A DNA stretch of 64,000 nucleotides from Pyrinomonadaceae bacterium (GTDB lineage Bacteria > Acidobacteriota > Blastocatellia > Pyrinomonadales > Pyrinomonadaceae). Within the stretch, counting starts at the first letter, position 1; every line of letters begins with the position of its first letter. The notes under the pieces were generated by a model, which was not told the DNA's origin, searched no databases, and saw only the letters and a program-made list of their open reading frames with translations. The position numbers and the translations under genes are program-made. The stretch lies in contig JAVEEA010000072.1 of NCBI GenBank assembly GCA_030840675.1, forward strand, positions 3,938 through 67,937, read 5' to 3'. Below are positions 1 through 9,953 of this stretch, piece after piece.

Positions 1-1
1 T

Positions 2-3000
2 TTGACGGTCGTCGGACTCTTCTCCTACAAGTCGCTGGGCGTTGATCTATTTCCTAAGATTGACTTGCCGACAATCACCGTGACAGTGGTAAATCCCGGC
101 GCGTCGCCGCAGGAAGTTGAAACGGAAATCACCGACAAGGTCGAAGGCGCCGTCAACACCATTAGTGGAATCGACGAGCTACGGTCCACTTCAGTCGAAG
201 GCGTTTCCCAGGTTTTTATCACTTTCCTGCTGGAAAAAAACCCTGACATTGCCGCGCAGGAGGTCCGTAACAAAGTCGATTTGATCGTCAACGATTTGCC
301 GGTTACCGCCGAGCAACCAATCGTGCAGAAACTGGATACCGACGCCGCGCCAGTGGTGCGCATTGCCGTGTCCGCGCCACGTTCGCCGCGCGAAGTGACG
401 GACGTTGCGGACAAACGGATCAAGCAACAGATCGAATCGATCAGCGGCGTGGGCCAGGTGAGTATCATCGGCGGGCGCACGCGCGAAATTCAAATCTGGG
501 TAGACCCCGACAAACTGCGGGCGTTCAACGTCACGGTCGCGCAAGTAGCCGACGCGGTACGCGCACAAAATATGGAGCTTCCCGGTGGACGCGTAGACGA
601 AGGCGCGCGCGAACTGACCGTACGCACGATGGGTCGCATCGTCCAGCCGTCGGATTTTAACGAACTGGTAGTGGGCAGTCGTGGTGCTTATTCCGTAAAA
701 CTCAGCGACGTCGGTTATGCCGAGGATGGCTCGGAAGAAGCGCGCACCGAAGCGCGCCTCAACGGCCAGCCCGCGGTCACTTTAGTTGTCTCCAAACAGT
801 CGGGACAAAACACCGTGGCCGTCGCCGAAGCGGTTAAGGACCGTCTGCACGAGATTCAGAAAACTTTGCCGCCGGGCTTCAAGACCGAGGTCGTCGGCGA
901 CCAGTCCATCTTTATCAAGGCCTCAATCGAGGCCATCCAGACCCACTTGATCGAAGGCAGCATACTCGCGGCGATCGTGGTTTTCTTATTCCTTTGGAGT
1001 TTTCGCTCGACTGTCATTGCGGCGCTGGCTATTCCCACCTCGTTGGTCGCTACCTTTGGTTTGATGGCGGCGATGGGTTTCACCCTGAATCAGATCACTA
1101 TGCTCGCCCTCACGTTGATGGTCGGTATCGTGATCGACGATGCGATTGTGGTGCTGGAAAATATTTTCCGCTTCATTGAAGAGAAGGGCATGCCTTCGTT
1201 TCAGGCGGCCATCGAAGGCACGCGCGAAATCGGCATGGCAGTTACTGCCACTACCTTGTCGCTGCTCGCGGTGTTTTTGCCGGTCGGCTTCATGGGTGGC
1301 ATCGTCGGGCGTTTCATGTCGTCGTTTGGTTTGACTTCGTCGTTCGCGATTGCAGTTTCGTTGCTGGTTTCATTCACGCTCACGCCGATGCTGGCCGCGC
1401 GTTTGATCAAGCGCAGCAACGACGCGGAAGAAGGACCGATTGAACGCCGCATCGAACCCGCCGATCACGGTTCCAAACAATCGCGCTTTTACGCTCCGAT
1501 TGACCGCACTTACACCCGCCTGCTCACGTGGTCCATGGCCCGGCGCTGGGTAATTGTGGTTGCCTGCCTGATCGTCATTATCAGCATCGTGCCGTTGTTC
1601 ATGTTCGTCGGCAAAAACTTTTTGCCGGTGGACGACCAGTCGCAGTTTGAAATTAACGTACGCGCGCCGGAAGGCTCGACTCTCGCTTCCACCTCGTCGC
1701 TCGCGGAGCGGATTGCCGCGGACCTGCGCAAGTTGCCGGGCGTCTCAGACACATTGACGACGATTGGCGGCGGCGCGCAGGAGCAGGTAAACGTCGCCTC
1801 GATTTACGTGAAGATGCTGCCGCTGGCGGAACGCAGTATTTCGCAGAGCGACGTGATGGTGCGCGCGCGCAACGAAGTGTTGGGGAAATATCTGAAGGAG
1901 TTTCCGGGTCAACTGCGCACCAGCGTGCAGCAGGTGGCCGCGATTTCCGGCGGTGGTTTTCGCAACGCGGACATTCAATACGTCATCGGCGGGCCGGACC
2001 TCGACAAGCTAACGAAGTACTCCGACGCGTTGCTCGCGAAGATGAAGACGATTCCGGACGTGGTAGACGCCGATTCGTCACTGGTCACCGGCAAGCCGGA
2101 GTTGCGCGTCGTGATTGACCGCGCGCGCGCAGCGGACCTGGGCGTGCGCGTGGCGGACGTCGCACAGGCTTTGAACACGCTCGTAGCCGGTCAGAAAGTA
2201 TCCACGTTTAATGCCGGCACGGACCAGTATGACGTGCGCGTGCGCGCGACGGGGCAGTCGCGCTCGAGTGTCGCCGGACTGAAACAGATGATCGTTTCCT
2301 CCGCGAAGCTTGGCTGGGTAACGCTCGACAATCTGGTGCGCGTAGAAGAAGGCACTGGTCCTTCCGCGATCGATCGACTAAACCGGCAGCGCCAAGTGAT
2401 GCTGCTGGCCAACGTGAAGCCGGGCGGCTCGCAGGCGGCAGTGATTCAGAAGATGAATGACGCCGCGAAGGAAGTCGGGATCGACTCTTCCTACACCACC
2501 GGACTCGCCGGTCGTTCCAAGGAACTCGGTCGCGCCGGTTACTACTTCATGCTCGCCTTCGTGCTCTCGTTTGTATTCATGTACATGGTGCTGGCGGCGC
2601 AGTTTGAATCGTTCATTCACCCGATTACGATCTTGTTGACACTGCCCCTGGCAATACCTTTCGGCATTCTGTCGCTGCTCATCACGGGGCAGACGGTCAA
2701 TATTTTTTCCGGACTCGGATTGTTGCTGCTGTTTGGCGTAGTTAAGAAAAACGCAATCCTGCAGATCGATCATACGAACCATTTGCGCGCGCAGGGAATG
2801 GAGCGGCTCGAAGCCATCATCCGCGCCAATCGCGACCGCCTCCGGCCTATTCTGATGACGACTATTGCACTCGTCGCGGGCATGTTGCCTTTGACGATTT
2901 CGAGTGGGCCAGGTTCGGGCACCAACCGTTCAATCGGTGTGTTGGTGGTCGGCGGCCAGTCGCTGTGTTTGCTCTTAACGTTGCTGGCGGTGCCGGTTTT

Positions 3001-3139
3001 CTATTCCCTCTTCGACGATCTCGGCAAGAGCCGAGTTTGGAGTTATCTCGGAGGACGCGTCAATGGAGCGTTCGCCTGGGCGCGGCGCCGAACGGCAAGC
3101 GCGACCGCGTCTTTGGTTGGTTTGGTTTCGAAACATTAA
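2..3139 (+). CDS. RND (HAE1, AcrB/MexB-like) efflux permease, 5'-truncated by window edge
   Basis: 1045-aa ORF open to the window start, so the leading TTG is a track artefact. Multi-TM plus large periplasmic loop layout. Typical RND motifs include [19 protein letters not shown] and [13 protein letters not shown]. Confidence 0.9.
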   Translation: MTVVGLFSYKSLGVDLFPKIDLPTITVTVVNPGASPQEVETEITDKVEGAVNTISGIDELRSTSVEGVSQVFITFLLEKNPDIAAQEVRNKVDLIVNDLPVTAEQPIVQKLDTDAAPVVRIAVSAPRSPREVTDVADKRIKQQIESISGVGQVSIIGGRTREIQIWVDPDKLRAFNVTVAQVADAVRAQNMELPGGRVDEGARELTVRTMGRIVQPSDFNELVVGSRGAYSVKLSDVGYAEDGSEEARTEARLNGQPAVTLVVSKQSGQNTVAVAEAVKDRLHEIQKTLPPGFKTEVVGDQSIFIKASIEAIQTHLIEGSILAAIVVFLFLWSFRSTVIAALAIPTSLVATFGLMAAMGFTLNQITMLALTLMVGIVIDDAIVVLENIFRFIEEKGMPSFQAAIEGTREIGMAVTATTLSLLAVFLPVGFMGGIVGRFMSSFGLTSSFAIAVSLLVSFTLTPMLAARLIKRSNDAEEGPIERRIEPADHGSKQSRFYAPIDRTYTRLLTWSMARRWVIVVACLIVIISIVPLFMFVGKNFLPVDDQSQFEINVRAPEGSTLASTSSLAERIAADLRKLPGVSDTLTTIGGGAQEQVNVASIYVKMLPLAERSISQSDVMVRARNEVLGKYLKEFPGQLRTSVQQVAAISGGGFRNADIQYVIGGPDLDKLTKYSDALLAKMKTIPDVVDADSSLVTGKPELRVVIDRARAADLGVRVADVAQALNTLVAGQKVSTFNAGTDQYDVRVRATGQSRSSVAGLKQMIVSSAKLGWVTLDNLVRVEEGTGPSAIDRLNRQRQVMLLANVKPGGSQAAVIQKMNDAAKEVGIDSSYTTGLAGRSKELGRAGYYFMLAFVLSFVFMYMVLAAQFESFIHPITILLTLPLAIPFGILSLLITGQTVNIFSGLGLLLLFGVVKKNAILQIDHTNHLRAQGMERLEAIIRANRDRLRPILMTTIALVAGMLPLTISSGPGSGTNRSIGVLVVGGQSLCLLLTLLAVPVFYSLFDDLGKSRVWSYLGGRVNGAFAWARRRTASATASLVGLVSKH

Positions 3140-3187
3140 TGACGACCCGGGCCGGCTCGCCGGTGCGGGCTTGAGTAGCTGAAGCGA

Positions 3188-5008
3188 ATGAACGATTTCA
3201 TGTTGAAGCAAGTAATAAAAAAACAAAGCGCGCGCCGGAAGTTTTGGCGCCGGTCTGGGATTTCTCTTATCGGCGTAGTGGCGCTTCTCTTAGGCGTCGC
3301 CTTTACTTTTCCGGCAGTAGCGCAGGAAGCAACCCCAGCCCCGTCTCCTGTCCCGCGGGAGTTGCAGGTGCCGGCGATTGCTCCGGAGTTTCATCCGACG
3401 CAGAAACCCTTGCCGGAACTCGGCCGCGTGGGCGTCGACATGGACCGCCAAAGACCACTCACTTTGCGCGAGGCGCTGGCGCTCGGGTTGGACAACAACA
3501 AAGACATCGAGGTGGCGCGGCAAAATGTGAAGATTGCCGAGTTTGATTTCACTGCCGCACGCGGCGCTTATGACCCGCGCCTGAGTTCGACTTCTTATTA
3601 CGAACGCATCATAAGTCCGATCTCGAGTTTTCTCAGCGGCGGCGCGGACGGCACTACCACGCAAAGCGATTACACGGCAACCGCGCGGCTGGAAGGCCTG
3701 GCGCCGAAATTCGGCGGTAATTATCACCTCGATTTTTCGTCTGTGAGATTGACCTCCAACAATCAATTCACGGCGCTCAACCCGCAGTATCCAACCGGGC
3801 TTACCTTTAGTTATGCGCAACCGTTGCTACGTGGGCTCAAGTTTGACAACAATCGCCGGCAGATCGAAATTGCCAGGAAGAACCTGTCGCTGACCGATGC
3901 GCAGTTTCGCCAACGCGCGATCGAAACCATCACCGGGGTGCAACGCGCTTACTGGGACCTGGTTTTTGCGTTGCGGAATTTGCAAGTGCAGCGAGACGCG
4001 GTGCGTGATTCGCGTTTGCAGTTGGAACACAACAAACGCCTGGTTGCCGAAGGCGCACTCGCGCCCATCGACGTGGTCGCGGCCGAAGCGCAAGTAGCCG
4101 GTTTCGAACAGACTCTTTACAGCTCGCTCGAAGAAGTTTCGCGTTCGGAAAACAATCTTAAGAATTTGATTGCGGTTAATCGTCAGTCAGACCTTTGGAG
4201 CCTGGCCGTCGTGCCGACTGATTCCGTAGACCTCGCGCCGCCGGACATCTCGCTGCCGGAAGCTTTGAAAGCGGCGATGGATAACCGGCCCGAGCTGCAA
4301 CAGTCCGACGTGGTGCGCGAGATCAATCAGATCGATCAGAAGTACTTCCGAGAACAGACCAAGCCGGCCGTTGATCTCGTGGGCAGTTACGGAATGGTCG
4401 GGCTGGCCGGCACCACCAGCGGCGCCACGAACCCACTGACTGCTTCGTCGGTGCAACTTCGCGATGCTGTTAACAGGTTGTTAGTGAATTCAGGTTTCGC
4501 ACAGTTGCCCGAGCCGCCGGTGCAAACGCTGTCGCCGTTTTTGCTGGGGGGCTATGACCAGTCGCTGCAAAATCTGCTGAGTAATCGCTTCAATAATTTT
4601 CGCGTCGGAGTGCAGATCAACCTGCCGCTACGGAACCGCACGGCGCAGGCGCAACTGGGGCGTTCGCTGGTCGAGGGCCAGCGCATAGCTACGCAACGCG
4701 AACAGCTCGAACAGAACATTCAGGTCGATGTGAGAAACGCTTTGCAGGTGGTCCGCAGCGCCGAAGCGCGACTGCGCGCGGCCGGCATCGCGCGCGATGC
4801 CAGCGAGCAACAGTATCAAAGCGAGCAAAGGAAACTGGACGCTGGTCAGTCCACGGTGTTCCTCGTGCTTGAACGCCAGACTGCCTTGACTACCGCGCGC
4901 GGCAACGAGCTGCGAGCGCAGACCGACCTCAACAAGGCGATTGCGGAATTACAACGAGCGACGGGGAATGCGTTAACCAGCAACAACATCGTAGTGCGTG
5001 TGCGCTGA
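3188..5008 (+). CDS. TolC-family outer-membrane efflux protein
   Basis: 606-aa ORF 48 nt after the RND gene. It has a signal-like N-terminus (LIGVVALLLGVAFTFPAVAQE). OEP/TolC-type duplicated coiled-coil pattern (LTLREALALGLDNNKDIEVARQNV..., MDNRPELQQSD...). Confidence 0.85.
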   Translation: MNDFMLKQVIKKQSARRKFWRRSGISLIGVVALLLGVAFTFPAVAQEATPAPSPVPRELQVPAIAPEFHPTQKPLPELGRVGVDMDRQRPLTLREALALGLDNNKDIEVARQNVKIAEFDFTAARGAYDPRLSSTSYYERIISPISSFLSGGADGTTTQSDYTATARLEGLAPKFGGNYHLDFSSVRLTSNNQFTALNPQYPTGLTFSYAQPLLRGLKFDNNRRQIEIARKNLSLTDAQFRQRAIETITGVQRAYWDLVFALRNLQVQRDAVRDSRLQLEHNKRLVAEGALAPIDVVAAEAQVAGFEQTLYSSLEEVSRSENNLKNLIAVNRQSDLWSLAVVPTDSVDLAPPDISLPEALKAAMDNRPELQQSDVVREINQIDQKYFREQTKPAVDLVGSYGMVGLAGTTSGATNPLTASSVQLRDAVNRLLVNSGFAQLPEPPVQTLSPFLLGGYDQSLQNLLSNRFNNFRVGVQINLPLRNRTAQAQLGRSLVEGQRIATQREQLEQNIQVDVRNALQVVRSAEARLRAAGIARDASEQQYQSEQRKLDAGQSTVFLVLERQTALTTARGNELRAQTDLNKAIAELQRATGNALTSNNIVVRVR

Positions 5009-5046
5009 TCCACGTCTCCGGATAGCGGCAGCACCGCACACGAGAG

Positions 5047-5085
5047 GGCGGCGAGTAGCGTGGGGCGAACTCGCCGCCTTCAGTT
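5047..5085 (+). terminator. possible intrinsic terminator after the efflux operon
   Basis: 9-bp GC stem ggcggcgag (5047-5055) / ctcgccgcc (5070-5078), followed by a weak T-rich tail (ttcagttctg). Confidence 0.35.
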
Positions 5086-5193
5086 CTGTAAAGCAAACTG
5101 TTAGTTTGCTGCAACACCTCTGGCGGAGAAGTGTTAACGCACGAACACGCAGGTAACGCAACTCAAGAAGCAAACTAACAGTTTGCTTTACAG
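5086..5193. repeat. inverted pair of a 23-25 nt motif, each arm containing the 8-3-8 palindrome AGCAAACT-N3-AGTTTGCT (copy 1)
   Basis: ctgtaaagcaaactgttagtttgct at 5086-5110 and its exact reverse complement at 5169-5193. This lies directly upstream of the DinB-family gene (ATG 5206). Confidence 0.85.
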
Positions 5194-5205
5194 GAAGAGG
5201 AGCAG

Positions 5206-5673
5206 ATGGACGACAATCAGTTTCTGGAAACCTGGGACGTTCACAATCGCATCAACCTCTATTTGCTTGATGCCGTGCCGCCGTCGGCGCTTGGCAGTTT
5301 GTCTGCGTCGAAGGGCCGCACGGTTGGGGAACAATTTGCCCATATTCACAATGTGCGATTGATGTGGCTGAAGTCTGCGGCCCCGGACTTGTTAGACGGC
5401 CTGGCGAAGATTGAGAAAGAGCGAGCTGCCGATCACAAACTGTTGCGACGATCGTTGGTGAGTTCCGGCACGGCAATCAAAGCGCTGCTGGACCACGCCG
5501 CAATTCAGGGCGGCAAAGTAAAGGGTTTCAAACCCCACGTGTTCGCCTTCCAGGGTTACCTGATCTCGCACGAGTCGCATCATCGCGGTCAAATCGTCCT
5601 GTCGCTAAAACAGGCTGGCAATGTTCCGGACAAGAAGGTTCTTTATGGGATCTGGGAATGGGGCGTGCGGTGA
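5206..5673 (+). CDS. DinB-family (DinB_2/YfiT-like) metal-dependent protein; possible bacillithiol S-transferase
   Basis: 155 aa with a GGAAGAGGAG RBS. His-rich DinB four-helix-bundle pattern (AHIHNVRLMW ... SHESHHRGQI). Confidence 0.75.
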   Translation: MDDNQFLETWDVHNRINLYLLDAVPPSALGSLSASKGRTVGEQFAHIHNVRLMWLKSAAPDLLDGLAKIEKERAADHKLLRRSLVSSGTAIKALLDHAAIQGGKVKGFKPHVFAFQGYLISHESHHRGQIVLSLKQAGNVPDKKVLYGIWEWGVR

Positions 5674-5674
5674 G

Positions 5675-5719
5675 AAAGCGGAAGGCAGAAAGCAGAAGGC
5701 AGAAAGCAGAAGGCAGAGG
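5675..5719. repeat. 14-bp purine-rich tandem repeat x3 (AAAGCRGAAGGCAG)
   Basis: Three head-to-tail units at 5675-5688, 5689-5702 and 5703-5716, plus a partial unit. They begin immediately after the DinB stop codon. Confidence 0.9.
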
Positions 5720-5743
5720 TCTGATCAGAAGCGTATTTGGACG

Positions 5744-5896
5744 TCAGGCGAGCGTTTCGAGAAGGTACCAGGCGGCGACTCCAGCTACCAACACCACCGT
5801 CACAACGACGACATACCACGCAACCAATTTGGTCTTACACGCGGCGCAACGCGTCCTGGCCCAACTGGCCCGCCGGCCACAGTTTGGACACCTCAT
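5744..5896 (-). CDS. small zinc-ribbon membrane protein (50 aa, below ORF-track threshold)
   Basis: Hand translation gives MRCPNCGRRASWARTRCAACKTKLVAWYVVVVTVVLVAGVAAWYLLETLA. It has CxxC-N12-CxxC followed by one clean TM helix. A GGGGAAG element lies about 8 nt upstream of the ATG, in an otherwise gene-free 385-bp gap. Confidence 0.4.
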   Translation of the reverse strand: MRCPNCGRRASWARTRCAACKTKLVAWYVVVVTVVLVAGVAAWYLLETLA

Positions 5897-6058
5897 ACTG
5901 TTGCTTCCCCGGTTCTGAGTTTTGGTACAACCTAAATTGAGAACGCCACTGCTCGGCGGTTACTTTACCATATCGCCTTAGACGAGCCGCAACGACCAGT
6001 ACCCGACCACTCAACGCGAGTGCGAGGAACGGTTTCGCCTGATCAGCTGAAACGACAA

Positions 6059-6823
6059 TTAGAATTCCAGGCGCAACCCGTCAATGGCAGCGATGGTTTC
6101 GCCTGGCCAAAGCTTGCGTGCTTCTCCGGCAAGATCGACGCCGTCCCATTCAAAATAGAGATGGGTTAAAACCACTTTCCCCGGCTTACATGTGCGCGCT
6201 AGTTCCATTGCTTCTGATAACTCCAGATGCGTTGTTACCGGCTTGTTTCGGAAAAAGGAACACTCCATTAGCAGCACGTTTGCGCCCGTGAGAAATTCCG
6301 CCAGTGTCGCAGAATAACCCGTGTCGCCAGTGTAAACGAGTGTGCTGCCGTTTTTGTCTTTCAGGCGAATGCCAAGGCTTTCCTTCGTATGCGGCGTCGC
6401 GAAGGCGTGGGCCATGACGCCTGGCAGAAACTCAAACTCCTCTCCGGCTGCCACCTCGCGGGTCTCCAACGGAAACGACTGTTGGAACAGACGGTAGTTA
6501 TTAGCTTCGTCAATCGCCTGCAGAATTTTAGGAAAGCCGGCGGGCCCAAAAATTCGCAAGGCCCGCTCGCGCTCTCGGGTCTGCGGCGCCGAACGAGTGC
6601 CAAACAAAAATGGGGCGAGGCCGCCGATATGATCGAGGTGAAAGTGGCTCAGCCAAACGGCGTCGAGGTTGGGCCAATCGAGTTGCTCCTGCGCCAGCCG
6701 GTGGGGCACGTCAGCGCTGATATCCAAAAGCGCCTGGTGGGTCTCGGTCGCCAGCCAATAGCCAGACGCAGTACGAGCGGGATGGGGAAGTGAAGTGCCG
6801 GAACCGAGTACGACAAGTTTCAT
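6059..6823 (-). CDS. MBL-fold metallo-hydrolase (RNase Z/PhnP-like)
   Basis: HxHxDH motif (SHFHLDHIGG). The start is moved to MKLVVLGSGTS (ATG 6823, GGAGA RBS); the upstream 38 codons of the track ORF cover the repeat element. Confidence 0.85.
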   Translation of the reverse strand: MKLVVLGSGTSLPHPARTASGYWLATETHQALLDISADVPHRLAQEQLDWPNLDAVWLSHFHLDHIGGLAPFLFGTRSAPQTRERERALRIFGPAGFPKILQAIDEANNYRLFQQSFPLETREVAAGEEFEFLPGVMAHAFATPHTKESLGIRLKDKNGSTLVYTGDTGYSATLAEFLTGANVLLMECSFFRNKPVTTHLELSEAMELARTCKPGKVVLTHLYFEWDGVDLAGEARKLWPGETIAAIDGLRLEF

Positions 6824-6885
6824 GGTGTCTCCCGCGGACGTTAACCAAAGTAATTGTAGCCTCAGCGCCGCGGTGAAACGAAGAC

Positions 6886-6980
6886 CAGTAAAGCAAACTG
6901 TTAGTTTGCTTATCTGTAAGGCGTCATATTGGTCCACCGTAATCCCGGGTGAAGAAGCAAACTAACAGTTTGCTTTACCT
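6886..6980. repeat. second copy of the inverted AGCAAACT-N3-AGTTTGCT motif pair
   Basis: gtaaagcaaactgttagtttgct at 6888-6910 and its reverse complement at 6956-6978. This is the divergent intergenic region between the MBL hydrolase (-) and the BshB1-like gene (+). The spacer between arms differs from copy 1. Confidence 0.85.
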
Positions 6981-7024
6981 CACGCCTTGACCAAAGCCGC
7001 CGGCTCAGTTAAACCTCAAGACGC

Positions 7025-7771
7025 ATGGATGAAACACAATTCGAACTTGACGTGCTGGCCGTGTTTTCACATCCGGACGACGCCGAACTCTGCGTGGCCG
7101 GCACCCTGCTGCGCCTGAAAGCTTTGGGTTATCGCACCGCGGTGCTCGACATGACGCGGGGCGAGATGGGCACACGCGGTACGCCCGAGGGACGCGCCGA
7201 AGAAGCAGTGGCGGCAGCGCGGATCATGAAGCTCGACCTGCGTCTCAACCTGGGCCAGCCCGATGGACACATTTGGCTCAACGACGAATCGCGTACCGCG
7301 CTGGTGCGCGTGCTTCGTGCCCATCGGCCAAAAGTATTGTTGACAACCCACTGGGACGATCCGCATCCGGACCATGCCAACACCTGTCGCATAGTGCGCG
7401 ATGCCGCGCGGTTGGCGACGATGGCGCGTTACGACGAAGCCGGCCAACAATCGCCCGTGGCCATGCCCGCGATCATGCACTCGCTCTTCTCGCGCCACAC
7501 GGTGCCGTCGTTTATCGTTGATGTCTCGGATTTCTTCGAGCAGAAGATGGCTGCGATCAGAGCACACGGCTCGCAGTTTTACCGCCCGGAATCGGACGAG
7601 CCGCCGACCAGAATCAGTGCGCGGGGGTTCCTCGATGAGATCGAGCAGCGCCTGCGCTACTTTGGTTCGTTGATTGGCGTCAGCGCTGGTGAGCCGTTTT
7701 ACGTTAGGGAAGCTTTGAATGTGGACGATCCGGTGGCGCTACTCACCAGACCGATGAATATTTATTCCTGA
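7025..7771 (+). CDS. bshB1: PIG-L family deacetylase, BshB1-like (bacillithiol biosynthesis)
   Basis: LAVFSHPDDAELCVAGTL ... LDMTRGEMGTRGT ... HPDH pattern, as in LmbE/PIG-L and specifically BshB1-type deacetylases. Confidence 0.65.
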   Translation: MDETQFELDVLAVFSHPDDAELCVAGTLLRLKALGYRTAVLDMTRGEMGTRGTPEGRAEEAVAAARIMKLDLRLNLGQPDGHIWLNDESRTALVRVLRAHRPKVLLTTHWDDPHPDHANTCRIVRDAARLATMARYDEAGQQSPVAMPAIMHSLFSRHTVPSFIVDVSDFFEQKMAAIRAHGSQFYRPESDEPPTRISARGFLDEIEQRLRYFGSLIGVSAGEPFYVREALNVDDPVALLTRPMNIYS

Positions 7772-7799
7772 GAATTTCTGGCGCGCTCGAACCAGGCGC

Positions 7800-9719
7800 T
7801 CACTTTGCCTTCTCGCTTAGCAGAGCGCGGGCGACTGCAATCAACGCCGTAGCGCGTGGCGCCTCGCCCTCAAAGCTGCGCGCCAGTTCGATCGCCTGGG
7901 TGGCATTCTCCTGCGACAACGTCTTGAATACGCCCGGCAAATTAAACTCGTCGATAGTGTTGCTGCGCATCGAGGTCATGTTTGGCGTTTGCAGACGCAT
8001 CATGAGCCGGCCGTCTTCGCCATTGAACCCCGCCACGGAGTTCGACGCTTTAACCACTTCCAGCATCGTCTCCCAGGCACGCGGGCGGTCGAGCGCAAGA
8101 AACGCATTGGCGACGGCGACGAGGGCGCGCGGGCGATCACTGTCGGAACCATCGATGCGGCGCGCCTCAACCGCGGCCTCAGCGACCAACTCGAGCGCTC
8201 TATCGCTTGTCGCCGGCGGCAACGCGCGCGCGACTTCCGTCAGTAACCACACTCGCTGAATGTGTGACAAGTCACCTTTGGCTGCCAGCGTCAACGCGTT
8301 CCCCGTATCTTTTTTGCCGACTGCGCTGAAAGCCAGCGTCATGTCCACATAGGGTCGTGCCTGTTTACGCATTTCGCTGTCATCGATCTTTTCGGTGAAG
8401 TCGCGTGCGCGCATGTCGCCCTTCTGTGCGGTCCGGGTAGCCAACTGCAAATAGATTGCGTCTCGTTCGGCGGCGGTCTTGGCGCGGTCAATCCGATCCA
8501 GCAAGGCCTTCTCGACGTCAGCGGCTGGACGATCCGGAGTTATTCCGCGCTGTACCGGAAAGTCGTCGTCACCGTCATCCGTTTCGCGCGCCTGACGGTC
8601 GCTTCCTTGCGAAATCACCGCCAGCTCGCCGCGCAACTGGTCCACCACTTCTTTCGCTGCGTACTGTTCGAAGAGGGGCAGCAGTCGTTTGATGACGGCA
8701 TATTTGCCGGGTGCCCCGGAAGTGCTGCGATCCTGTTCACGCGCGGCCGAGGGACGCAACAGCACCAACCCCGCGGTACGAAAGAACGCGGCGCGAAACT
8801 CCGGAGTCACTGCCGCAGCGGGTGCGGGTGGCCCAGTTTGCGAGGCCTGCTGGCCTCCCTCTGGTCCAAAAGTGATGAAGAGGTGCGGCGTGAATAGATA
8901 GGAGGCGAGCAGCGAAATCGTGTTGGCGTCTGAGTTCAAGTCCGCTTCCGCGATCGCCAGCATGCGGGCGTAGCGCTGGTCGGCAGCCGCGACATTTTTC
9001 TCGCGCAAGGTTGAAAGAAAGTCCAACCCTTCGCTGGTGATGGTTCCCAGCACCGGCTCGGCAAACTGCAACGCTCGATCAACGTCCGTGTCCATTAACT
9101 GACTCGCCAGGGCCAGTCGTTGTCTAGTGGCAGCGGGAGTTTGTGGAGCGCCGATCGGAAGGGGCGAATCGGCGCCAGTCGTTTCGCGCGTGCGCGCGTC
9201 TTTGAGTTTGTCCAGGAACTCTTCGCCGAGGACGCGGTCGCGTCGCGCGGCCAGGCGCAAGACTTCCGCGCGCAGATCGGGTCGCGCCACCAACGCAAAG
9301 GGCCGCTTCGGATCTCCCTGCTGCTGAGTCGCGCGCTCTTCGGCCACTAGTCGCGCAGTCTCCTGGTCCGCAAATTCGGCAGCGTCCCAGGCTTTGCGGA
9401 ATAATGCGCGACCCTGGTCTGCGTCGGCCGCCCAGAGTGCGTCTGCGACTTGCCCGAGGGTACGCGCGCGTAATTTCTGATCGGGATAACTGCGAGCGTC
9501 GTTCGCGAGGGAGACCAACAGAGATAATGCGAGCGCCTTCTGTTGGTCGATCCGCGACTTGTTGGCGGCGCGAGCTGCTTTGGTTTTCTCAGACACCTTC
9601 AGAGTCTGAGACTTGGGCGGAGAAACCATTTTTTCGGAAGTCGCCTGGGCCCTGACTCCAGTCGTTAACGAAACGAAAAAGAGAAGCGCCAAGAGCAAAC
9701 GAAACGCGCGCGAGGTCAT
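7800..9719 (-). CDS. exported alpha-helical repeat protein (paralogue family A)
   Basis: 639 aa with a Sec signal (LLLALLFFVSLTTGVRAQA) and Ala/Leu/Arg-rich helical-repeat composition. Its C-terminal half is alignable by eye to 60154..61998. Confidence 0.7.
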   Translation of the reverse strand: MTSRAFRLLLALLFFVSLTTGVRAQATSEKMVSPPKSQTLKVSEKTKAARAANKSRIDQQKALALSLLVSLANDARSYPDQKLRARTLGQVADALWAADADQGRALFRKAWDAAEFADQETARLVAEERATQQQGDPKRPFALVARPDLRAEVLRLAARRDRVLGEEFLDKLKDARTRETTGADSPLPIGAPQTPAATRQRLALASQLMDTDVDRALQFAEPVLGTITSEGLDFLSTLREKNVAAADQRYARMLAIAEADLNSDANTISLLASYLFTPHLFITFGPEGGQQASQTGPPAPAAAVTPEFRAAFFRTAGLVLLRPSAAREQDRSTSGAPGKYAVIKRLLPLFEQYAAKEVVDQLRGELAVISQGSDRQARETDDGDDDFPVQRGITPDRPAADVEKALLDRIDRAKTAAERDAIYLQLATRTAQKGDMRARDFTEKIDDSEMRKQARPYVDMTLAFSAVGKKDTGNALTLAAKGDLSHIQRVWLLTEVARALPPATSDRALELVAEAAVEARRIDGSDSDRPRALVAVANAFLALDRPRAWETMLEVVKASNSVAGFNGEDGRLMMRLQTPNMTSMRSNTIDEFNLPGVFKTLSQENATQAIELARSFEGEAPRATALIAVARALLSEKAK

Positions 9720-9953
9720 AGTTTTCTCCTGCGGAACGGGTTGGAAAGACAGGTGTGGCCGCGGAATTAAACGCTGGTAGCGAAGGACGGTTCCAAAAAA
9801 GATACTGCTTCAGTGTGGCGACTCGGCTACGAGAAACAAAACCGGAAGCGGGAGAGCGGTAGCGACTGAGGTGGTTTTAGGTGTGACCGCGACCTGTATT
9901 CCTTGACCTGGATCCGTGCGCGCTCCCGGTTCGGATGCTGACTGACGCAAGGA

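Noticed and set aside
9841-9950. GGAAGCGGGAGAGCGG... segment examined as a possible tRNA-Sec (selC), given the nearby selB
   Set aside because: There is no cloverleaf: the acceptor arms do not pair, and there is no T-loop or UCA anticodon loop in a suitable position.
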